Virus record (IMG/VR): IMGVR_UViG_3300037418_002133
Location: 1 to 64,000 of that record
Strand: one strand, 5' to 3'
Length of the DNA: 64,000 nt
Origin: a virus
Below the pieces are notes generated by a model that saw nothing but the letters and a program-made list of their open reading frames with translations, ran no database searches and was not told the origin of the DNA. The first letter of the stretch is position 1, and every line of letters begins with the position of its first letter. Below are positions 63,745 to 64,000 of this stretch, piece after piece. Made by a program: the position numbers and the translations under genes.

Positions 63745-63869
63745 GTTTTGCTCTCGCTGTGAAAATAAGTCAGTTCTGACATACGACAGTATAGCTAGGA
63801 ATGCGAGCGGCGGCTCGTGGTGCGTCCGTTGGGGTATCGAGCTGGGTCTGTAGCTTAGGAGCGCTAAGG

Positions 63870-64000
63870 ACGCACCATGGGGCTTCCCTAGCGATTTCCC
63901 ATGGGAAGCCATGGTTCGCCTCGGGACACCACGGCCGCGCCCTCTCCAAAAATCCGCCTTGGTTCGCCAATCGGTCGGTCCCATGGACCCCACCGGTTCC
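63870..64000. repeat. CCATGG-rich block 3
   Basis: CCATGG at 63875, 63899, 63909, 63981; 63979-64000 matches 62231-62252 at 21/22. Confidence 0.8.

Larger units (their letters stand above)
2380..63783. promoter_or_regulatory. Dispersed near-palindrome TAAGTCAG(TT/AA)CTGACTTA, about 21 copies
   Basis: Copies starting near 2380, 2651, 6844, 6968, 10019, 12519, 15096, 18469, 23184, 26387, 30645, 34601, 40196, 41181, 45560, 46558, 49321, 51313, 55435, 57327, 63766. Confidence 0.9.
1..64000. mobile_element. Phage-plasmid (siphovirus morphogenesis plus RepC/ParA maintenance)
   Basis: Full head, tail and lysis modules with repC, ctRNA and parA; no integrase or host genes in the window. Confidence 0.88.

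Noticed and set aside
2380-63783. Palindromic repeat as a CRISPR array or REP element
   Set aside because: Copies are dispersed singly at operon boundaries, with no regular spacers and no cas genes

Overview
The window is most of the genome of a temperate siphovirus-type phage-plasmid of an alphaproteobacterium. Host is inferred from a repABC-family RepC and high GC; the gene set and order resemble SSU5/pHCM2-like phage-plasmids. Left to right it holds: a CobT-like vWA protein, an HTH repressor, a stand-alone repC replicon with its antisense RNA, three tRNAs plus a remnant, ligase/primase/DnaB, PhoH and accessory genes, holin/spanins, a multi-fibre receptor-binding cluster, a lambda-like tail (J, I, K, L, M, tape measure, chaperones, tube), endolysin, neck/head genes, portal, terminase, a ParB-ParB-ABC ATPase-DUF2829(Tad2)-GNAT operon, SF2 helicase, dNMP kinase, a kinase-like gene and ParA with a small partner. 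No integrase or CRISPR array is visible. An 18-bp near-palindrome (TAAGTCAG-WW-CTGACTTA) recurs about 21 times. The standout is at the right end. A 1.2-kb two-gene island (60889-62109) has no GG and only one CC, including its promoter region, RBS and hairpins, so its proteins have no Gly, Pro or Trp. Neighbouring small genes avoid GG on the coding strand only, and GG/CC-saturated CCATGG repeat blocks lie between them. This suggests an undescribed system acting on GG/CC dinucleotides, either phage DNA modification or a host defence, from which an early cassette has been purged. All calls are by eye from sequence and motifs; no searches were run.
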